DNA of 19,179 bases, from NCBI GenBank assembly GCA_004524535.1, contig SDNY01000070.1, positions 1 through 19,179 on the forward strand, given 5' to 3'. Source of the DNA: Promethearchaeota archaeon. GTDB taxonomy: Archaea; Asgardarchaeota; Lokiarchaeia; Sigyniarchaeales; SOKP01. The notes beneath the pieces were generated by a model. It did not search any database and was not told the DNA's origin. It was given only the letters and a program-made list of their open reading frames with translations. Positions 14,606 through 19,179 of this stretch are shown here, one piece after another; position 1 is the stretch's first letter, and every line of letters begins with the position of its first letter. A program made the position numbers and the translations under genes.

Positions 14606-16177
14606 TTAGCATTCTTTATTTAATAAATTCAGAATAGTTTCATTGATGTTAGATATCATATCCACAGCAGTAAAGCGAGTTCCGATTTTATTTCTACAAT
14701 ATTCTCCTATATAACCATTAAGAAAAGCAGCAGAACAAGCTGACTGAAATGGCTTGTTTTCTATCGCAAGAAAACTAGCACATAACCCTGCTAAAACATC
14801 TCCAGTTCCTCCAATGGACATTTCAGGGCAACCTGTTCTATTTATCTTCATAACTTTTCCATTACTGATATAATCAAACGGCCCCTTTACCAATAGAATA
14901 ACATCAAGCTTTTTTGCTAAATTAGTTATAATATCGCCTCGTTCTTTAATTTTATTATATGGTGGTAATTCTACACCTGATATAATTTTAAATTCTCCAT
15001 CGTGAGGGGTTAAAATAACAGGTTGACCTTCTAGGATATTTAAATGGTTCTTAACTAATTTCAAAGCGTCGGCATCAAGTACAAACGATTTTTTACTATT
15101 TTTCAACTTTTCTAATATTTTTACTAAAAGTTCTTCAGTTTCTTTTTTTTCTCCTAAGCCTGGTCCAATTAATATTGAGTTTGACCAATCAATCAAATGC
15201 GAGATCTCATCAAACGCATTAATATTTAGCCAATCGCCAGGGTTAGTTCTTACAATCATATTTGGGGAATAATTTCTAATTGCATCCCCTACAACTTCTG
15301 GCGTATAGGTAATAACTAAGTCAATTCCAAAATTAATGCCCGTTAAAGAAGAGTAAGCGGGAGCACCTGAGTAATTTTTAGATCCTCCTACAACTAAAAT
15401 TCTCCCATACTGGCCTTTATGGGTGTCAACTTTTCTAACTTTTAAATTTGAAATTAGATCTCCCCTACCTATAAATAAGCTGGCCTCTAGAGGAATTCCT
15501 ATGGATTTCACTATTATTTCATTAATGAATTTACTATTTCTTTTCATTCCTCTCTTAATTCGATGGAATGTTATCACTAAATCCGATTTAACTGCTTTAT
15601 CTAAAACTTTACCACTGTTAGGATCTAATCCGGAAGGGACATCAATTGAAACAATTTTAATATTATCTTCTTCTCTTAGAGCGTTAATCATTTCTATTGC
15701 TGAGGAGATTGGTTCTCTAATTTTACCTATTATTCCAGTTCCTAACAAACCATCTATAATTAAATTCAATCCTTTTGCATCCTTAATTTGTGTATCAATT
15801 TCTGTTAATTCACTTGAGTCTCTTATAATTTTAATTTGTATTGAATGATTGAGATGTTTTGAAATTATCTCCCAATTTAGTTTTGCCTCCTGGGTTCTTA
15901 TCTTGTCTGGTAATCCAATGAGAATTACTAACACTTTTATTCCAAAAGAGGATAAATGACGAGCGACTACAAATCCGTCGCCTCCATTATTTCCTGTACC
16001 GCAAAAGATAGAAACTTTAGAATTATCATCCAGATTATATCTTTTGATGATTTCAATTGCGAAAGAATAACCAGCACACTCCATTAAATGACTTTTTGGG
16101 ATTCCTAACCACTCAGAGTTATTATCCAAAATCGCCATTTCTTCAGATGATATTTTTTCCGAACTTATATGCTCCAT
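14606..16177 (-). CDS. nnr: Bifunctional NAD(P)H-hydrate epimerase/dehydratase (YjeF_N + YjeF_C)
   Basis: Motifs LMECAG, CGTGNNGGDG, DGLLGTG, SIDVPSG, HKGQYG, GGSKNYSGAP, GPGLG, LDADAL, LTPHDGEF, GGTGDVLAG. Confidence 0.97.
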   Translation of the reverse strand: MEHISSEKISSEEMAILDNNSEWLGIPKSHLMECAGYSFAIEIIKRYNLDDNSKVSIFCGTGNNGGDGFVVARHLSSFGIKVLVILIGLPDKIRTQEAKLNWEIISKHLNHSIQIKIIRDSSELTEIDTQIKDAKGLNLIIDGLLGTGIIGKIREPISSAIEMINALREEDNIKIVSIDVPSGLDPNSGKVLDKAVKSDLVITFHRIKRGMKRNSKFINEIIVKSIGIPLEASLFIGRGDLISNLKVRKVDTHKGQYGRILVVGGSKNYSGAPAYSSLTGINFGIDLVITYTPEVVGDAIRNYSPNMIVRTNPGDWLNINAFDEISHLIDWSNSILIGPGLGEKKETEELLVKILEKLKNSKKSFVLDADALKLVKNHLNILEGQPVILTPHDGEFKIISGVELPPYNKIKERGDIITNLAKKLDVILLVKGPFDYISNGKVMKINRTGCPEMSIGGTGDVLAGLCASFLAIENKPFQSACSAAFLNGYIGEYCRNKIGTRFTAVDMISNINETILNLLNKEC

Positions 16178-16337
16178 AATAATTAATCTTAGAATGTTTT
16201 ATTAAAAAATATTTATGAATTCATTAAAAGAACAAACAAGTTTTTTAAAAAATGGACTTTTATAGAAATATTTAAATATATAAAATAGATATTTACTTAC
16301 CAAAAATTTTAAAAAAAAATCCAACGTGAAAAAAATT

Positions 16338-17276
16338 ATGAAATATTCTAAAATAATATTATTTGGACTATTGGTAATAACTCTTCTAATACCTTTTGCT
16401 TCTATCGCTCATGCTGCGAAAACACCAGGCTACGTAGGTATCAAAGAAGGTCAAACTTATACTTGGACTACTGAATTCGATGCGGGACCCTTGGAAGATT
16501 ATTATGAAGATATAGGGGAAACTAAAGAAGAAGCTGAAGAAGACGCATGGAATGTGATGGAATCGCGGGAATGGGAAGAAGAGGTTGTTGAATGGAAATT
16601 AACCATTCAGGAAATAAGAAAGGAAGATGACTTATATTTTGTGGATCCAGATGAATCTTTAGCAGATGAGTATGAATATGTGAAATACGTTTATTCTTTA
16701 AAAGAATTGGATGGTGATGTTTGGCATTGGAGAACAATAGATACGTACCAGACAGCAAAGATTTTTGAACCAGACGAAGAATTATGGGGAAAAGAATTCA
16801 TGAGTTTTATTTTTGGTGTTTCTACATTTAATCCTTATCGAGCAGACCTCAGTTATCCCTCTTTAGTTGTCGCTAAGAATCTTGATTGGGATGAGGTAGC
16901 ACGATGGATGGAAAAACCTCTTTACCCTCGTGAGAAAGATTATTATAAGGCGAAGGAAATAAAGATACAACATTTTCTAGATAAAAAACAAGTTGGTCTT
17001 TATACAGAACTGGATACCAGCTATGGAAATCCTCAATATGAAAAAGATATTGACACATTTGAATCAATTTCCAAATATAATGATGATGGAATTCTTTATT
17101 ACTATGAAGTTACTTATGATGGAGATATAATCGCTAAATTTGAGTTAAAAGGAATGATGGGAAATTATGTGTATATTTACGAAAACTGGTGGTGGATGGC
17201 TTTAGTAGCTGGAGCGGCGGTTGTAGGAGTTATAATTCTTATCGTAGTTATAATTAAATTAAAAAAACGGAAATAA
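16338..17276 (+). CDS. Acidic secreted, C-terminally membrane-anchored surface protein, copy 1
   Basis: Signal peptide MKYSKIILFGLLVITLLIPFASIAHA (ATG 16338; in-frame GTG at 16326), 'YVGIKEGQTYTW' at the mature N-terminus, and a C-terminal TM helix plus KLKKRK. Confidence 0.9.
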   Translation: MKYSKIILFGLLVITLLIPFASIAHAAKTPGYVGIKEGQTYTWTTEFDAGPLEDYYEDIGETKEEAEEDAWNVMESREWEEEVVEWKLTIQEIRKEDDLYFVDPDESLADEYEYVKYVYSLKELDGDVWHWRTIDTYQTAKIFEPDEELWGKEFMSFIFGVSTFNPYRADLSYPSLVVAKNLDWDEVARWMEKPLYPREKDYYKAKEIKIQHFLDKKQVGLYTELDTSYGNPQYEKDIDTFESISKYNDDGILYYYEVTYDGDIIAKFELKGMMGNYVYIYENWWWMALVAGAAVVGVIILIVVIIKLKKRK

Positions 17277-17603
17277 TCACAAAGACCTCTAATTTTTAAA
17301 ATCTTTTTTTTTTGATATTATTTATTTTCAAGAAATAAATCAATTAATTTGCCTTCTAAAAAGGCAATCTTAGACTGAGTTTATCATCAACAAATATAAA
17401 ATTATCCATCAATTCGATTCCAATATTTAGATATGATTCATAATAATTAATCTTAGAAATTTGTATTAAAAAATATTTATGAATTCGTCAAAAAAACAAC
17501 CAAGTTTTCTAAAAAAATGGACTTTTATGGAAATATTTAAATTTATGAGTATAAATCTTTAATTAACAAAGAATTTAAAAAAAAATCCAACGTGAAAAAA
17601 ATT

Positions 17604-18545
17604 ATGAAATATTCTAAAATAATATTATTTGGATTATTGGTAATAACACTTCTAATACCATTTGCTTCCATCGCTCATGCTGCGAAAACACCAGGTTATG
17701 TGGGTATTAAAGAAGGTCAAACTTATACTTGGACTACTGAATTTGACCAAGGTCCATTGGAAGATTATTATGAAGATAGAGGGAAAACTAAAGAAGAAGC
17801 TGAGGAGGATGCATGGGATGACATGGAGGATTTTGAATGGGAAGAAGAGGTTGTTGAATGGAAATTGAGCATCCATGAGATAAGAGATGAAGACGAAATT
17901 TTTATAGAGGGATATCCATTTATAACTTTATCTGACGATTACGATTTTGTAAAATATGTCTATTCTCTAAAGGAATTAGATGGTGATGTTTGGTATTGGA
18001 GACCAATAGATACGTACCAGACAGCAAAGATTTTTGAACCAGATGAAGAACTATGGGGAAAAACACAAACAAGTTTTAGATACGGAATTTCTATTGTTAA
18101 TACTCCACGATCAGATCTTTCATATCCTGCTATGATGGTAGCTAAGAATTTAGACTGGGATGAAGTCGCAAGATGGATGGAAAAACCTTATACTCCTGCC
18201 CAAAAGGAGTACAGGGAAGCCAATGAAATAAAAATTCAGTATTTTCTTGGTAAAAAACAAGTCGGGATTTATACAGAATGGGATCCTTCTTTGTATTATC
18301 CTCAATATGAAAAAGATCTTGGCACATTTGAATCTATTTCTAAATATAATGATGATGGAATCCTTTATTACTATGAATATACTTATGATGGAGATATAAT
18401 CGCTAAATTGGAATTAAAAGGATATCAGGGTAATTACGTTTATATCTTCGAAAACTGGTGGTGGATGGTTTTAGTAGCTGGAGCGGCGGTTGTAGGAGTT
18501 ATAATTCTTATCGTAGTTATAATTAAATTAAAAAAACGGAAATAA
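17604..18545 (+). CDS. Acidic secreted, C-terminally membrane-anchored surface protein, copy 2
   Basis: Paralogue of 16338..17276 with identical signal peptide and near-identical anchor (ATG 17604; in-frame GTG at 17592). Confidence 0.9.
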   Translation: MKYSKIILFGLLVITLLIPFASIAHAAKTPGYVGIKEGQTYTWTTEFDQGPLEDYYEDRGKTKEEAEEDAWDDMEDFEWEEEVVEWKLSIHEIRDEDEIFIEGYPFITLSDDYDFVKYVYSLKELDGDVWYWRPIDTYQTAKIFEPDEELWGKTQTSFRYGISIVNTPRSDLSYPAMMVAKNLDWDEVARWMEKPYTPAQKEYREANEIKIQYFLGKKQVGIYTEWDPSLYYPQYEKDLGTFESISKYNDDGILYYYEYTYDGDIIAKLELKGYQGNYVYIFENWWWMVLVAGAAVVGVIILIVVIIKLKKRK

Positions 18546-19065
18546 TCAAAAAGAGACATATTTAGTCCCTATAATTTTTAAAATCTTTTTTTTTTTATTT
18601 TATTTTCAAGGAATAAATCAATTAATTTGCCTTCTAAAAAAGCAATCTTAGAGTGAGTTTATCATCAACAAATATAAAATGATCTACCAATTCGATTCTA
18701 TTATTTAGATATGATTCATTATTCATGAATCATGAATTATGAAATAATTAGGACTTAGAAATAAAAAACTTTTTAGGTTGTTTCTCTAAAAGAAGTGTGA
18801 TATTTAAAATTAACAAAAATTCTTAAGCACACCAAATAATTCTTTAAAACCACCTATTTCAAATTCAGAACAGAAAGGGATTTTCGATTCTCTCCTTACT
18901 AATCGAATTTTGATTAGAACTAAGTATTTAAATTAATATTGATGTGAAAAATTTTATACTTTTTTTTTATCCAAGTATTTGACTAAAGAAAAGTAAAAAA
19001 AAATTATTTCTTCAATTTTTTATGATAATAAGAGTATGATCATTAATTGATAGTAAATTAAATAC

Positions 19066-19179
19066 TTATTCCAAGACGCTTGGTGCTACGATAATTGGGC
19101 AGTCAAGATAGTGTGATGTTCTCATCACCAAGTTATCGAGTGTTCGCATGCCCATCTGCGTCTGAAAAAGGCGGTTCAC
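19066..19179 (-). CDS. 3' end of a gene entering from the right edge (…VNRLFQTQMGMRTLDNLVMRTSHYLDCPIIVAPSVLE*)
   Basis: Open frame from the window edge to TAA at 19068-19066, coinciding with a visible rise in GC content. Confidence 0.45.
   Translation of the reverse strand: MNRLFQTQMGMRTLDNLVMRTSHYLDCPIIVAPSVLE

Larger units (their letters stand above)
16175..18719 (+). repeat. Head-to-tail tandem duplication (units ~16175-17438 and ~17439-18719) including promoter region, gene and 3' region
   Basis: 'cataataattaatcttagaa' at 16175 and 17439, and 'tttagatatgattcat' ending at 17441 and 18719. Everything between is collinear. Confidence 0.95.

Noticed and set aside
17185-17276. Loki-CTERM/PGF-CTERM sorting signal
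   Set aside because: The TM helix and basic tail are present, but no IPG[YF]/PGF-like motif precedes them.
623-18327. Shadow ORFs in the track (623..814, 3209..3400, 3537..3776, 6163..6444, 7471..7764, 11784..12035, 12081..12314, 12280..12462, 13905..14111, 15423..15848, 16522..16758, 16873..17067, 17652..17876, 17662..17868, 18142..18327)
   Set aside because: They lie antisense to or out of frame within better-supported genes, or come from low-complexity repeats, and show no protein motifs.
16338-18545. Diversity-generating retroelement TR/VR pair
   Set aside because: Both copies are full genes, differences are not adenine-restricted and include indels, and no reverse transcriptase is present in the window.
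18773-18932. Minus-strand open frame of ~52 codons (…VLIKIRLVRRESKIPFCSEFEIGG…)
   Set aside because: No credible start codon or recognisable motif; it may be a gene remnant but cannot be supported.
19066-19179. Transposase/IS end suggested by higher GC
   Set aside because: Only 37 residues are visible, with no catalytic motif or terminal inverted repeat identified.

Overview
AT-rich archaeal DNA, most likely from an Asgard archaeon (Lokiarchaeia/Promethearchaeia). This is inferred from co-located actin-related, gelsolin-domain, Roadblock/LC7 and longin-like genes. From left to right: (i) the 3' end of a hydrophobic protein, a 2-TM protein, a stranded fragment of a probable S8 peptidase, and an ArsR-HTH / longin-like / degenerate NIF3 operon; (ii) a ~3.5 kb co-oriented island of small unknown genes with three tandem paralogues of an unrecognised 'IKYPE' domain; (iii) a minus-strand run of eukaryotic-signature and housekeeping genes (nnr, gelsolin-domain protein, Roadblock, vWA protein with a PQxTPA repeat linker, AbrB-ACT regulator, coiled-coil protein, divergent actin, helical protein); (iv) a head-to-tail ~1.27 kb duplication of a surface-protein gene with hypervariable patches. 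The most notable signal is three bulge-helix-bulge (BHB)-like RNA motifs in putative mRNAs. A 29-nt insert in the Roadblock gene restores the ORF exactly when cut at the BHB positions. Two related ~100-nt BHB hairpins bracket the paralogue cassette. Together they suggest tRNA-endonuclease-type mRNA splicing or processing in an Asgard archaeon. All structures were folded by hand and family calls come from motif recognition, not searches.
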